A DNA stretch of 34,706 nucleotides. Source: Bacteroidota bacterium (GTDB lineage Bacteria; Bacteroidota; Ignavibacteria; UBA10030; JAZGDE01). The DNA lies in NCBI GenBank assembly GCA_046758305.1, contig JBHHZW010000001.1:1-34706 (forward strand). Direction: 5' to 3'. Position 1 is the first letter of the stretch; the number at the start of each line of letters is the position of its first letter. The notes below the pieces were generated by a model. The model had not been told where the DNA came from. It did not search any database and was given only the letters and a program-made list of their open reading frames with translations. Shown here one piece after another: positions 1 to 9,906 of the stretch. Position numbers and translations under genes: made by a program.

Positions 1-804
1 CTGAACATACACACTGTCGTCGATCGTCCGGTAGAACTTCTTCGTAAGCTGATTGCGGAGGTCAAAGGTCCAGGTCTGCGTTAGGAGGGCAGGGTTTGCA
101 TCTTCGATCCAGTGGACGAACACCCAGCGCTCCATATCCACAGGGTTAGCGCGGCGAAGCCACACAAACCGCTCAGAACTCGAATCCACGGCCACCCAAT
201 AGTCCGGTTGAATGAACATCATCCATTCATAATTCCGCAGGATGCGTTTCTTCATGTCGGTCTGCTCGTACTTTGCATCTGAATAGATCGCATTGAGTTC
301 ACGCTGGAGAGACACTTTTTGGAAGTAGTACAGCAGCGGCTCTCGATTCGAACGGATGTTGTCGGTGAGCACGTCCAAGTTCCTCGCGGTCAAGAACATG
401 ATGATCTGCTCGCGGCGGTATAGATCGTACTTGTTGATCACGAACTCTTCTCCCGACTCCACGAGAGCCCGCACCTCTGGGCTGAGTGAACCGCCGATGA
501 ACTGGGCGGTCGGTCCCTCCGAGGAAAGCGGTGCAACGATCAGCAGGTTTTTGTATGTCTTGTAGTCCTTGAACTCTGCGATGGAGTGATGGCGAATCGT
601 GAACACCTTCTCCGGTTGAGGTGTGAGTATCTTCATTTCGAGTGCCTCCCGGAGGTGCCCTTCCACTGCCGCCCAATCGGTTGAGTCAGCAAACACCAGA
701 ATCTCATCGTTCTTGCCGATGGCCTCGAGTTTGAACTGCTCGCATCCGATGAATAGGATCGAGTTCAAAGCAACGAGGAAGAGGGGTAGTCCAGTCCTTC
801 TCAT
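1..804 (-). CDS. DUF4837-like lipoprotein, N-terminal 268 codons; the C-terminus lies beyond the left edge. Not in the supplied ORF track.
   Basis: The reverse frame is open from the ATG at 802-804 down to base 1, with no tta/cta/tca triplets in phase. The N-terminus MRRTGLPLFLVALNSILFIGC reads as a signal peptide plus lipobox Cys. The body (DEILVFADSTDWAAVEGHLREALEMKILTPQPEKVFTIRHHSIAEF..NLLIVAPL) matches my memory of DUF4837 proteins. The family assignment is from memory only. Confidence 0.6.
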   Translation of the reverse strand, partial: MRRTGLPLFLVALNSILFIGCEQFKLEAIGKNDEILVFADSTDWAAVEGHLREALEMKILTPQPEKVFTIRHHSIAEFKDYKTYKNLLIVAPLSSEGPTAQFIGGSLSPEVRALVESGEEFVINKYDLYRREQIIMFLTARNLDVLTDNIRSNREPLLYYFQKVSLQRELNAIYSDAKYEQTDMKKRILRNYEWMMFIQPDYWVAVDSSSERFVWLRRANPVDMERWVFVHWIEDANPALLTQTWTFDLRNQLTKKFYRTIDDSVYVQ

Positions 805-836
805 GCGTCACCCCGTTTTCTCAACGAGTCGAGCTG

Positions 837-1535
837 TCAACAAGCAAACACCATTTCGAGTTGGTAAACTCCGAGCAACTTGTGGAGCGTCGGATAGAAA
901 AGAGCGTACAATCCCCACATCGTTCCGCCCACGCTGAGAGGAATCGTAATGTTGTCATCGACGGGAAGTGCGGAGGCTTCGATCAGCATCCCCACTAGAG
1001 CCGAGACGGCACCGATCCCGTACTCTCCGATGGAGGAGGAAAGTTTCGGGGTCACGAGGACGACGAGTATCGCAGAAACGAGAAACGCGACACTCCCTTC
1101 CAGACTCTTGGAGAGGAACTTTCGACGTCCCCACCGCCTTCCAACGAGAGCCGCGACGGAATCCGATACGATCAGGATCGCGAAGCTCGATATGACGATG
1201 ATTTTCGGGAACACCAGAACGCAGAAGGTCGCGGAGAGGAGCAGATTTGTCGCCCCGTTCAACCGCTTGTACCGAATACTTCCGGGCTTGCTTTTGTTGG
1301 TTATCTCGTGCGGCCGCAGAAGCAATCCGAAGATCTTATAAAATAGTTGAGCTGTGGGGGCATGATAATGTCGCGCAATGTCCACGAGCAAGAATGAGGC
1401 CGTCAGCGGAATGAGGATGTTGAGCGCGGTCGATCGGGAGAGAAATGTATAGAACACCGGGATGGAGAGTGAACAAAAATGAATAGATTTGCGGATCAGC
1501 TCAGCGCGGTATTCAATATTCGCACCATCTCGCAT
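837..1535 (-). CDS. Polytopic membrane protein of the CTP-dependent polyprenol/diacylglycerol kinase - CdsA superfamily (dolichol/phytol-kinase-like)
   Basis: 232 aa with multiple hydrophobic helices. It carries the superfamily-type signature SDSVAALVGRRWGRRKF...KSLEGSVAF. The ATG lies 3 nt after the ftsH stop; its own stop is TGA. Confidence 0.65.
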   Translation of the reverse strand: MRDGANIEYRAELIRKSIHFCSLSIPVFYTFLSRSTALNILIPLTASFLLVDIARHYHAPTAQLFYKIFGLLLRPHEITNKSKPGSIRYKRLNGATNLLLSATFCVLVFPKIIVISSFAILIVSDSVAALVGRRWGRRKFLSKSLEGSVAFLVSAILVVLVTPKLSSSIGEYGIGAVSALVGMLIEASALPVDDNITIPLSVGGTMWGLYALFYPTLHKLLGVYQLEMVFAC

Positions 1536-1538
1536 GGA

Positions 1539-3728
1539 CTATTTCTTCGAATCTCCCCGTCCCTCCGAGTGTGTGCTCCTCGGCTTGCTTGCCCCCTCCC
1601 GACTTGCCTTCCCAACACTGTCGGGGTCGGGGGGAGGTCGGGATTCAGGGCTTACTTCCGTCGGAGCCTGCCCGCCTTCGGCGTTTAGGCGGGCTGGTGA
1701 TTGAGCCCCGGCGAGTTGAGGCGTTTCCTTATCGCCGTTGTGGGGCTGAGCTGTGGGGGAAAGAGCCTCGCCACGAATGATCCTGTTAATCTCCTCACCA
1801 TCGAGGATTTCCCGCTCCAGCAAAGCATCGGCAAGTCGATGGAGCACATCGATATTGTCGTTTAGGATCTTCTCAGCCCGCTTCATGCAGCTGGTCACGA
1901 TCTTTTTCACTTCTTCGTCGATGAGAACAGCCGTACTCTCGCTGAAATTGCGGGACCGAGTGATCTCGCGGCCGAGGAAGATCTCCTCCTCCTTTGTCCC
2001 AAAGGTCAGCGGACCCAGCTTCTCGCTCATCCCCCACTCGCAGACCATTTTCCATGCAATCTCCGTTCCCCGTTCGATATCGTTGCCAGCACCCGTCGTC
2101 AACTCATTGAAGATAATCTTTTCGGCGGCCCGTCCTCCAAGGGCGTACGTGATCATCGCTTCGAGATACTGTTTCGAGTAGGTGTGCTTTTCGTCCATGG
2201 GTAAGTAGGTCGTCACACCGAGAGCCCGACCGCGCGGGATGATCGTCACCTTGTGAACAGGGTCTGCCTCCGGCACCATCCGAGCGACGAGCACATGTCC
2301 CGATTCGTGGTAGGCGGTCACCTTCTTCTCTCGTTCCGAGATGATGAGGCTCTTGCGCTCCATACCCATCATGACCTTGTCTTTCGCCTCTTCAAAATCC
2401 CTCATCGAGACCATCTTGCTGTTCCGCCGCGCAGCGAGGAGTGCGGCCTCGTTGACGAGGTTGGCGAGTTCGGCGCCCGCAAGTCCCGGTGTGCCTTTGG
2501 CAAGAACATCCAGCTGCACGTCGTCCGAGAGCGGAATGTTTCGCGTGTGGACCTTGAAGATGCCCTCTCGTCCTCTGACATCCGGTCGGTCGACCACAAC
2601 CTGGCGGTCGAACCGGCCAGGACGGAGGAGGGCGGGGTCGAGCACGTCTGGTCGGTTCGTTGCGGAAATGATTATGACGCCGATGTTCTGTTCAAATCCG
2701 TCCATTTCGACGAGCAGCTGGTTGAGTGTCTGCTCTCGTTCGTCGTGTCCACCGCCGATCCCAGCGCCGCGGTGTCTTCCAACGGCATCCATCTCGTCGA
2801 TAAAGATGATGCAGGGGGCGTTTTTCTTTCCCTGCTCGAACAGGTCGCGAACGCGGCTTGCTCCAACACCGACAAACATTTCGACGAACTCAGCTCCTGA
2901 GATAGAGAAGAATGGAACTTCTGCTTCGCCAGCAACTGCTCTTGCGAGGAGCGTTTTGCCGGTTCCCGGCGGTCCCAGGAGGAGCACACCGCGCGGAATT
3001 TTCCCACCCAACTTTTGAAATTTTGCCGGCTCCTTCAGGAACTCGATGATCTCCTGCAACTCCTGCTTTGCTTCGTCGGCACCTGCCACATCGGTGAACG
3101 TCACGCGTGGCTGGCCTTGATTGATCAACTTCGCGCGACTCTTCCCGAACGAGAAAATCCCTTTTGTGCCTGCTCCTTGCATCCGTCGCATGAAGAACAC
3201 CCAGACGACCAGGATGAGAAGCCACGGCAGCATGCCCATGAGAGGCCCGAACCATGTGTTGTCCTCCTTGACCACATCCATCACGATTCCACGCTGGGTC
3301 CAGTCACTGATGATCTCGTCATCGATGTTCGAGTACGGCAGCGTCAGCACAAACCGTTCAATCCGTTGGGATTTTCCGTCCCTTGTTGTGACCGTATGTG
3401 GCTGCTTCAGCACGCCGTGGAGATCATAATTGTTCAGGTCCGATTTCTTTACGATGGCCTCTCTGATCACGTTGGACCGAAGGAGTTCCTGGTACTGAGT
3501 AAAGGAAATTTCGTGCTCCTTCTGTTCCGTTTTATTAACTAGCATCATCACGAGGAACACCGCCATGATGATGGCCGACCAACTCAGAATGACCTTCAAG
3601 ACTCGACTCCATTGAAAGTCGTCATTACGCCTCTCTGGGCCCTTCCGCCGACGTCCGCGATTCGACGGACGGGGGAACGATCGCCGCTTTGGTTTCTCCT
3701 GCGAATCCTTATCTTGATGCTCATCCAT
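1539..3728 (-). CDS. ftsH: ATP-dependent zinc metalloprotease FtsH
   Basis: 729 aa. Walker A GPPGTGKT, Walker [31 protein letters not shown] and zinc site HESGH are present, plus two N-terminal TM helices. It also has a basic N-terminal extension and a 73-aa low-complexity C-terminal tail. Stop is TAG. Confidence 0.97.
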   Translation of the reverse strand: MDEHQDKDSQEKPKRRSFPRPSNRGRRRKGPERRNDDFQWSRVLKVILSWSAIIMAVFLVMMLVNKTEQKEHEISFTQYQELLRSNVIREAIVKKSDLNNYDLHGVLKQPHTVTTRDGKSQRIERFVLTLPYSNIDDEIISDWTQRGIVMDVVKEDNTWFGPLMGMLPWLLILVVWVFFMRRMQGAGTKGIFSFGKSRAKLINQGQPRVTFTDVAGADEAKQELQEIIEFLKEPAKFQKLGGKIPRGVLLLGPPGTGKTLLARAVAGEAEVPFFSISGAEFVEMFVGVGASRVRDLFEQGKKNAPCIIFIDEMDAVGRHRGAGIGGGHDEREQTLNQLLVEMDGFEQNIGVIIISATNRPDVLDPALLRPGRFDRQVVVDRPDVRGREGIFKVHTRNIPLSDDVQLDVLAKGTPGLAGAELANLVNEAALLAARRNSKMVSMRDFEEAKDKVMMGMERKSLIISEREKKVTAYHESGHVLVARMVPEADPVHKVTIIPRGRALGVTTYLPMDEKHTYSKQYLEAMITYALGGRAAEKIIFNELTTGAGNDIERGTEIAWKMVCEWGMSEKLGPLTFGTKEEEIFLGREITRSRNFSESTAVLIDEEVKKIVTSCMKRAEKILNDNIDVLHRLADALLEREILDGEEINRIIRGEALSPTAQPHNGDKETPQLAGAQSPARLNAEGGQAPTEVSPESRPPPDPDSVGKASREGASKPRSTHSEGRGDSKK

Positions 3729-3765
3729 GACGTTCCAGCTCTCCTCTCCGTTACTGGTTCCTGCT

Positions 3766-4338
3766 CTACGCCGGAGGCGTATGAGCCTCTGGCTCAGACG
3801 CGAGCAATCGGTAGATCGACTTCAGATTCCTGACCTTTTGCGCGAAATCCAATCCATACCCAATGACAAACTCGCTCGGTATTTCGAATCCGACATAATC
3901 GATCGGGAAATCAATTTTCGCTGCATCTGTCTTGTACAAGAGTGTAACAACGCGAAATGACTTTGGGTTCTGCCGCATAATCAGGCGCTTAATGAAATCG
4001 ATTGAAAGACCGGAGTCCACAACATCCTCAACGACAATGATGTCCCTTCCCGGCACCGGACAATTCAAGTCCTTGAGCATTGTCACATTCCCCGACGAGA
4101 TCTTCGCATCGCCGTAACTGGACAGCTTGAGGAAATCTACCTCGCACTCGACCTTGATCTCCCGAATGAGGTCAGAAAAAAAGATGAATGAACCATTCAA
4201 CACTCCGATGAAGATGGGTACTTTCCCCGCATAGTCCTTATTAATCTGAACAGCGAGGTCCTTCACACGGAGACGGATTTTTTCTTCAGGGATGTACAGT
4301 TCAAATTGCTCTCCGTTCACCGTGATGATATCGCTCAT
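3766..4338 (-). CDS. hpt: Hypoxanthine(-guanine) phosphoribosyltransferase
   Basis: PRPP-binding loop [14 protein letters not shown] moved the start to the ATG at 4336-4338 ([16 protein letters not shown]...), because the 224-aa ORF-track version would overlap the tilS 3' end. It sits in the conserved tilS-hpt-ftsH order. Stop is TAG. Confidence 0.9.
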   Translation of the reverse strand: MSDIITVNGEQFELYIPEEKIRLRVKDLAVQINKDYAGKVPIFIGVLNGSFIFFSDLIREIKVECEVDFLKLSSYGDAKISSGNVTMLKDLNCPVPGRDIIVVEDVVDSGLSIDFIKRLIMRQNPKSFRVVTLLYKTDAAKIDFPIDYVGFEIPSEFVIGYGLDFAQKVRNLKSIYRLLASEPEAHTPPA

Positions 4339-4352
4339 GCATCGCTCGAATA

Positions 4353-5777
4353 TCACGACCGTCGATGAGCAATCTTCAACCTCAAGACACGCTCGGTCGC
4401 CTCGGTGACTTTGAAACGGTCGTCCAGGCGCCTTCCGCACACCCAGACGATGCTGCCCTCATACTCGAGGACCGGAATTTGATATTTTTCGTACAGAGCC
4501 ACCTTCTCGTCGACAAAAAAATCGCTCAGCTTCTTTTTCCCCCTCATGCCGAATGGAATGAACCAGTCGCCGTCCTTCCAAGATCGCAAGAGCAATGTGT
4601 TGCCAAGCTTTCCCGCATCGATGAACGCTATGTCTCGGTCTGCACTGAACGTCACCTGATTCCGATCGACGAGGGACGATTGAAATTCAAACTCTGGGAA
4701 TTGATAGGCTTGATTGATCGTCACCTCGTACCGGAACCCGCGTTGGCGCTTCACTCGTACCAGCACGAGGGCGTCACGGTCTTTGAAAGCCACGATGTCC
4801 CCGAATGCATCGACCTGCGAGCCGGTCTCCGCTTCCGTGAGGCTGAGGATGCTGCGGATTTTCTCGAAATTCACTTCTCGCGGAGTCAACGACTTGAGGG
4901 CAAGCAGAACGACATTTTCCTGAACAAAATAAAGATAACTCCTTAATCTCGAAATATCAAGGTCAATCCTGTGCTCCCCCGAGCTTCGCACCACCGAAGT
5001 AAAGCTCTCGTGCAATTGCGTTTTAAGGTACTCATTCAGGTGACTGAAGAGTTCCGCAGTTCGATTCAACGTTCTGACGATGTTCTCGTTGACGTTTTTC
5101 CTAATGGCCGGGAGCAATGCGCGTCGGATGTAATTCCGGCGATACGATTTCTTCCGGTTGCTCGAATCTTCTCGATGCTTCAATTTACTGACTCGTGCGT
5201 ATGCATCGACGTCGGCACGGCTTGCAAAGAGAAGAGGCCGTACGACGTTCACGTCTTTGCGGTGCATGGGGATCCCTGAAAGCCCGGCAACGCCCGCCCC
5301 TCGGAAGAGGTGGAGCAACAGTGTTTCCGCGTTATCATCGGCAGTGTGTGCGGTAGCAACTTTTTCGAATCCGCAAGATATTAGCACCTTCTGAAAGAAC
5401 TGGTACCTCAAGTCGCGCGCTGCCTCCTCGATCGAGAGCTTCTCTCTCTTCGTGTACTCCTTTGTCTTCAGTCGCTCCACATAGTAATTAACCTTATACC
5501 GCTCAGCGAGTCGTCGAACGAATACTTCGTCCCGGTTGGATTCGCGGCCTCGAAGTCGATGGTTGCAGTGAACAACAGCCAGTGTGAGCCTGTCGTCATT
5601 TTGCAAGTGACAGAGAGCATCGAGCAGGACGGTCGAGTCCCTCCCCCCACTCACTGCGATCAGGATCTTGTCCCCGGGTTCGATCAATCGGTGACGACTG
5701 CAGAACCAGCTCAAACGATCCAGGAACGATTTCACGACGCCAGTTTGTTGCTTGATAGACCTTCTCATGTAAATCAC
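4353..5777 (-). CDS. tilS: tRNA(Ile)-lysidine synthetase
   Basis: 474 aa with the PP-loop motif AVSGGRDSTVLL near the N-terminus and a TilS-type C-terminal domain. Synteny with hpt and ftsH supports the call. The exact start (M1 vs M4) is uncertain. Confidence 0.9.
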   Translation of the reverse strand: MIYMRRSIKQQTGVVKSFLDRLSWFCSRHRLIEPGDKILIAVSGGRDSTVLLDALCHLQNDDRLTLAVVHCNHRLRGRESNRDEVFVRRLAERYKVNYYVERLKTKEYTKREKLSIEEAARDLRYQFFQKVLISCGFEKVATAHTADDNAETLLLHLFRGAGVAGLSGIPMHRKDVNVVRPLLFASRADVDAYARVSKLKHREDSSNRKKSYRRNYIRRALLPAIRKNVNENIVRTLNRTAELFSHLNEYLKTQLHESFTSVVRSSGEHRIDLDISRLRSYLYFVQENVVLLALKSLTPREVNFEKIRSILSLTEAETGSQVDAFGDIVAFKDRDALVLVRVKRQRGFRYEVTINQAYQFPEFEFQSSLVDRNQVTFSADRDIAFIDAGKLGNTLLLRSWKDGDWFIPFGMRGKKKLSDFFVDEKVALYEKYQIPVLEYEGSIVWVCGRRLDDRFKVTEATERVLRLKIAHRRS

Positions 5778-6174
5778 TGCCGACGTTGTCTCGAGAGAGA
5801 AACTGAACGCGACCCGTCAGGTAGATTCTAACGCCAGAGAGCAGCGTCTATAGAGTTCGATGGAGAAGGAAGTTGACGTTTCGGACTCGTGCAGTCCAAT
5901 TCACCTTAAATATATAGCATCCATGGCGGAAATTCAAATTTGCTAATTGACATGTCTTGAGGTACTTACCACAGATAGTAAACGTCCGAGCGACGACTCG
6001 CTAACGATGCCTGACCGATGAGATATTGATGACAAGGGTCACAAGACCAATTTATCGAAGCATGGCTTGGCTCTCGCTACTCGAAAGTTTTGTTGTTACA
6101 TTGTGGCGGGAGCGCTGCTTTGGACAGCTTTCAGCCGGGACTCATCTCTTACTCTCCTTTCTGGCCGAACGCGT

Positions 6175-7326
6175 ATGGATAGATTGAAAGTACTCATCAC
6201 AAACTCGATGCCGTTTCTAGGAGGCGCCGAAAAGTTTGCATGGAAGCTCGGGAAAGGCCTCCTTGGTTGTGGTCATAAGGTCTCCTTTGCGGTGAAAACG
6301 CATTCAGCCCTCGCTGAGCTACTTCAGAGTGAGCATCTGGTTGTCCACAGACTTCCGATGAGGGGAGACGCGGATCCATATTCTTTGCTTTCGATGATAC
6401 GACTGACGCGGGCAAAGAGGACGGACATTATCTTGTCGACCTGCGAACGTGATTTCCGATTAGCCGGTCTGGCGACAAGGTTAGGAGGGAGGGGAAGGGT
6501 CATTCCACGGTTGCGATCCGTCTGGCCTCCAGACCGCAAACACTGGGCGAAAACCGTCCGGTTTTGCCGACAACGGTTCAACTACAGATTCTTTGCCTCT
6601 AGGATTATCACCAACTCGGTGGAAGGTAAACGAGATTTGGTTGAAGGTGGTTGGATGAAGGAGGGTACAGTGGAAGTGGTGTACAACGGAGTGGATCTGA
6701 GGATCTTCGATCCTGCCCGAGTCGAGAAGGGAGCGGTCAAACAGCAGTTAGGGATTTCGCGAGATGCGACCATGGTAACGCTCATTGCACGGATCGCGGT
6801 GGAGAAAGGTCAGGCCCTGTTTGTCGACGTTGCTGAGAACCTGCTGGAAGACCATCCGCACACGTACTTCTTGATCGTCGGTAGGCCGACAAGCCAGAGT
6901 TACTATGAGGAGTTATTGCGCCGTCTCCGCAGCTCTCAGTACGGTGATCACATTCTACTCACCGGTTTTCGAGATGACGTGGAGAGCGTGCTCGCGGACA
7001 CTGATATTCTTGTTCTTCCTTCTGTTGAAGAGGGACTGCCGAACGTCGTGCTCGAAGCGATGGCAATGGAATGTCCCGTGGTAGCAACAGACGTCTGCGC
7101 AACGAACGAAGCAGTCGAAGACGACGTCACCGGCTATCTAATCCCGTTCCCCATTTCGAATGATCTCTTGGTAGGCCGATTGCGTTCGCTCATTGAGGAT
7201 CGAGAGCTGAGGAGAAGAATGGGGCATCAAGGGCGTCGAAAAGTGGAGGGAAAATTCGATTTTGAGCAGACTTTGCGTCGCTATGAGGAAGTGTTTGCCA
7301 GGGTGAATCGGGGAAAAAGTCTTTGA
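6175..7326 (+). CDS. Glycosyltransferase family 4 (GT-B fold)
   Basis: From the ATG at 6175 the N-terminus is MDRLKVLITNSMPFLGGAEKFAWKLGKGLLGCGHKV, a typical GT4 start. The C-terminal EX7E-like region is PSVEEGLPNVVLEAMAMECPVVATD. The TTG-initiated 36-aa extension in the ORF track (6067) is not protein-like. Confidence 0.85.
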   Translation: MDRLKVLITNSMPFLGGAEKFAWKLGKGLLGCGHKVSFAVKTHSALAELLQSEHLVVHRLPMRGDADPYSLLSMIRLTRAKRTDIILSTCERDFRLAGLATRLGGRGRVIPRLRSVWPPDRKHWAKTVRFCRQRFNYRFFASRIITNSVEGKRDLVEGGWMKEGTVEVVYNGVDLRIFDPARVEKGAVKQQLGISRDATMVTLIARIAVEKGQALFVDVAENLLEDHPHTYFLIVGRPTSQSYYEELLRRLRSSQYGDHILLTGFRDDVESVLADTDILVLPSVEEGLPNVVLEAMAMECPVVATDVCATNEAVEDDVTGYLIPFPISNDLLVGRLRSLIEDRELRRRMGHQGRRKVEGKFDFEQTLRRYEEVFARVNRGKSL

Positions 7327-7389
7327 ATTCGACACGGTTTTTGTGTATATTAGCATACTTTTCTCGGGATCAGAAGGATAAGATTCAGG

Positions 7390-8382
7390 ATGGCTGTTTT
7401 CCTAGTGACCGGAGGTGCGGGATTTATCGGATCACATCTCGTCGAGCGCTTGCTGGGGAGGGATCAGACGGTCGTCTGCTTGGACAACCTTGATCCGTAC
7501 TACGGGCCGGAACTGAAGTGGAGAAATCTCTCCTCAGTCAGTGGCCATCCACAATTCACGTTCGTTGAAGGAGACATACGCGATCAGCAGCTCCTGAACA
7601 ACCTCTTTGGACGGCATCGGTTCGACGTCGTTGTCCATCTTGCAGCAAAGGTGGGCGTCTATCCATCTCTGACGCGAGCGGACGAGTTCGCGGATGTCAA
7701 TGTCAGGGGTACGCTAAACGTGCTGGAGGTGATGAGAAAACATCACGCCTCGGGGTTGATCTTCGCTTCCTCCTCCTCGGTCTACGGTGGATCCACTAAC
7801 ATCCCTTTTGTCGAGACTGATCCGGTGGATCGGCCGATATCACCGTATGCGGCAACGAAGCGGACAGGTGAGCTCCTTTGCGCGCTCTACCATCATCTCT
7901 GGAATTTCAACGTCGCATGTTTGCGGTTCTTCACCGTCTATGGTCCACGTCAGCGTCCTGAGATGGCGATTCATACATTTACTCGGCTCCTGAGTGAAGG
8001 GGAAAGGATTCAAGTCTTCGGTGATGGTTCGACGGCGCGCGATTACACGTACATCGACGACATTCTCAATGGCGCTCTCAAGGCCATCGACAATCTCCGA
8101 GGTTTTGAGATTTACAACTTGGGTGGATCTCGGCGTATCCAGTTGAGGGAGCTCATCAGGCTCATTGGGTCCTCCGTGGGAAAAAAGGCGGACGTCGAAC
8201 ACTTGCCTGCGCGTGCAGGGGAGATGCCAATCACAGAGGCCGACCTTCGGAAGTCTCGAGAGATGTTGGGCTACGACCCACGCGTGCGGATCGAGGAAGG
8301 CCTCCAGAGGTTTGTGCGATGGTTTCTGAATGACAGTCGAAGTGTTCACGACGCAACCGAACGGAAAGCATCAGCATCATGA
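7390..8382 (+). CDS. NAD-dependent sugar-nucleotide epimerase/dehydratase (UDP-glucuronate/UDP-hexose 4-epimerase-like SDR)
   Basis: Rossmann motif GGAGFIGSH and catalytic YAATK. 330 aa. Its stop overlaps the next start (ATGA at 8379-8382). Confidence 0.88.
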   Translation: MAVFLVTGGAGFIGSHLVERLLGRDQTVVCLDNLDPYYGPELKWRNLSSVSGHPQFTFVEGDIRDQQLLNNLFGRHRFDVVVHLAAKVGVYPSLTRADEFADVNVRGTLNVLEVMRKHHASGLIFASSSSVYGGSTNIPFVETDPVDRPISPYAATKRTGELLCALYHHLWNFNVACLRFFTVYGPRQRPEMAIHTFTRLLSEGERIQVFGDGSTARDYTYIDDILNGALKAIDNLRGFEIYNLGGSRRIQLRELIRLIGSSVGKKADVEHLPARAGEMPITEADLRKSREMLGYDPRVRIEEGLQRFVRWFLNDSRSVHDATERKASAS

Positions 8383-9092
8383 AGGCTGGCATCATTTCGG
8401 CCGGAGAAGGTCTGCGGCTGAGAGAAGATGGAATTCAGACCCCTAAACCCCTCGTGGAGGTCGATGGTGTCCCGCTCATAGATCGCCTGCTCACTGCCTT
8501 CACGGAGAATGGTGTCGCGGAGACTGTCTGCATCGTGAACGAGACGGACTCGGCGATTCAACGGCACGTCAGTGCTTTATCACTTCCTCTTCCCGTGCGT
8601 TTCATCCGCAAAAGGACCGAGAGTTCGATGCACAGCCTGTTCGAGCTTTCTCCGTATCTCACAGACGGCTCGTTTTTGCTCACGACTGTGGATTCTGTCT
8701 TCGATCCGGATGAATTTCGCCGCTTCGTGCTCTACTGCCAGCGGACCAAGGAGCTCGGTGGGATTCTTGCGGTCACAAAATTTGTTCAAGATGAAAACCC
8801 TCTCTGGGTTGAAGTCGACCATGACAATCGTGTCGTCCGCGTAGGGCAGAACCTGCCGTCAGCACTCTATGTGACAGGAGGGATCTACTATTTTTCTCCC
8901 TCCATATTCAGGGAGAAGGGAAATGCGCTTCGCCAGGGAGTCTCACGCTTGCGCAATTATCTTCCCCTTCTCGTCGAAAGCGGATACCGGTTCCATCCCT
9001 ATGTGTTCTCGAAAATCGTCAATGTCGATCATGCCGAGGACATCATCACAGCCGATCACCTTTTGAAATCTGTCAGGACTCTTCGCTCGTAG
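8379..9092 (+). CDS. Sugar/alcohol-phosphate nucleotidyltransferase (NTP_transferase fold)
   Basis: The N-terminal loop MKAGIISAGEGLRLRE....PKPLVEVDGVPLIDRLL is a variant of the GxGTRL nucleotidyltransferase signature. 237 aa, translationally coupled to the epimerase. The substrate cannot be read from the sequence. Confidence 0.7.
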   Translation: MKAGIISAGEGLRLREDGIQTPKPLVEVDGVPLIDRLLTAFTENGVAETVCIVNETDSAIQRHVSALSLPLPVRFIRKRTESSMHSLFELSPYLTDGSFLLTTVDSVFDPDEFRRFVLYCQRTKELGGILAVTKFVQDENPLWVEVDHDNRVVRVGQNLPSALYVTGGIYYFSPSIFREKGNALRQGVSRLRNYLPLLVESGYRFHPYVFSKIVNVDHAEDIITADHLLKSVRTLRS

Positions 9093-9098
9093 AAGGCT

Positions 9099-9881
9099 AT
9101 GGACGCTGCCGTTTTGCGCATATCCGACCGGATCAAGGGAAAGGTTTACAATATTCAGCGCTATTTCTTCTTTTGCGCGGATACAGTCTTGGCTTTTCCG
9201 TCAGCCTTCCGGTATCGTCGGGACACGCTGGAGCAAATGTACGTGAACGGAGTTCAGGCCGTTACTATCACGGCGATGGGGGGTCTGTTCATTGGATTAA
9301 TCATGGCGATTGAGACAGGGCATCGATTTGAAGCCTTTGGTGCGAAGCTGCTCGTCGGCCGCACGGTGGCCCTTGCGGTGGTGCGAACGCTTGGGCCGGT
9401 CATCACCGGTCTCATGCTGGCGGCGCGCAATGGGTCGAAGAACGCTGCTGAACTTGGTTCGATGCAGGTAAGCGAGCAGATCGATGCGCTCAAAGCCTTT
9501 GGGACAGACCCGATTGCCAAGCTTGTCGTCCCAAGAGTGATCTCGTCATTGATCATGTTCTTGCCATTGACACTTCTTGCCGATGCGATTGCACTCATCG
9601 CAGGTATGTGGGTTTCCGATGTCTGGCTTCACGTCGATCCCGTCTTCTACTGGAGTTCCGCGATCAACGGATTGCGGATGCAAGACCTGATTGTGGGTTT
9701 CACAAAGCCATTCACGTATGCATTTGTTATCTCGACGATCAGTTGTTACTATGGACTCACAACGACCGGTGGTACTACGGGCGTCGGTCGGGCGACAATC
9801 AACGCTGTCGTCATGTCATCGATTGTGGTATTATTCGTGGACTTCATCTTCACGAAGGTGGTCTGGGAATTGCTGAAGTAA
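9099..9881 (+). CDS. mlaE: MlaE-family ABC transporter permease
   Basis: 260 aa. Conserved MlaE core: VRTLGPVITGLMLAARNGSKNAAELGSMQVSEQIDALKAFGTDP. Confidence 0.9.
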   Translation: MDAAVLRISDRIKGKVYNIQRYFFFCADTVLAFPSAFRYRRDTLEQMYVNGVQAVTITAMGGLFIGLIMAIETGHRFEAFGAKLLVGRTVALAVVRTLGPVITGLMLAARNGSKNAAELGSMQVSEQIDALKAFGTDPIAKLVVPRVISSLIMFLPLTLLADAIALIAGMWVSDVWLHVDPVFYWSSAINGLRMQDLIVGFTKPFTYAFVISTISCYYGLTTTGGTTGVGRATINAVVMSSIVVLFVDFIFTKVVWELLK

Positions 9882-9906
9882 TCTGACAATTGCTGGTACG
9901 ATTGCA

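Noticed and set aside
299-937. ORF-track entries 299-676(-), 356-565(+) and 623-937(+) at the left edge
   Set aside because: Their compositions are Arg/Gly/Ser-rich and not protein-like. All three overlap the much longer open reverse frame (1-804), which encodes a plausible lipoprotein, so they are shadow ORFs.
1533-1541. The ftsH TAG stop is in frame with the downstream kinase-family gene (TAG-TCC-ATG), suggesting a read-through fusion
   Set aside because: Frame coincidence has a one-in-three chance. The downstream gene has its own ATG and is a separate membrane-protein family, and nothing else supports a fusion.
6067-6174. N-terminal extensions from non-ATG starts: GT4 from TTG 6067, the CDP-alcohol transferase from TTG 13806, PFOR from GTG 21093 and the PLP enzyme from TTG 30843. 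hpt from ATG 4440 is a similar upstream-start extension.
   Set aside because: The extensions are not family-like and lack an SD. They overlap neighbouring genes or promoter elements. Internal ATGs give canonical N-termini, and for PFOR and the PLP enzyme a good SD as well.
5778-6174. A sigma-70 promoter around the TTGACA at 5947-5952 in the tilS/GT4 divergent region
   Set aside because: No acceptable -10 hexamer lies 16-19 nt downstream, and promoter consensus for this lineage is uncertain, so the call is not supportable from sequence alone.
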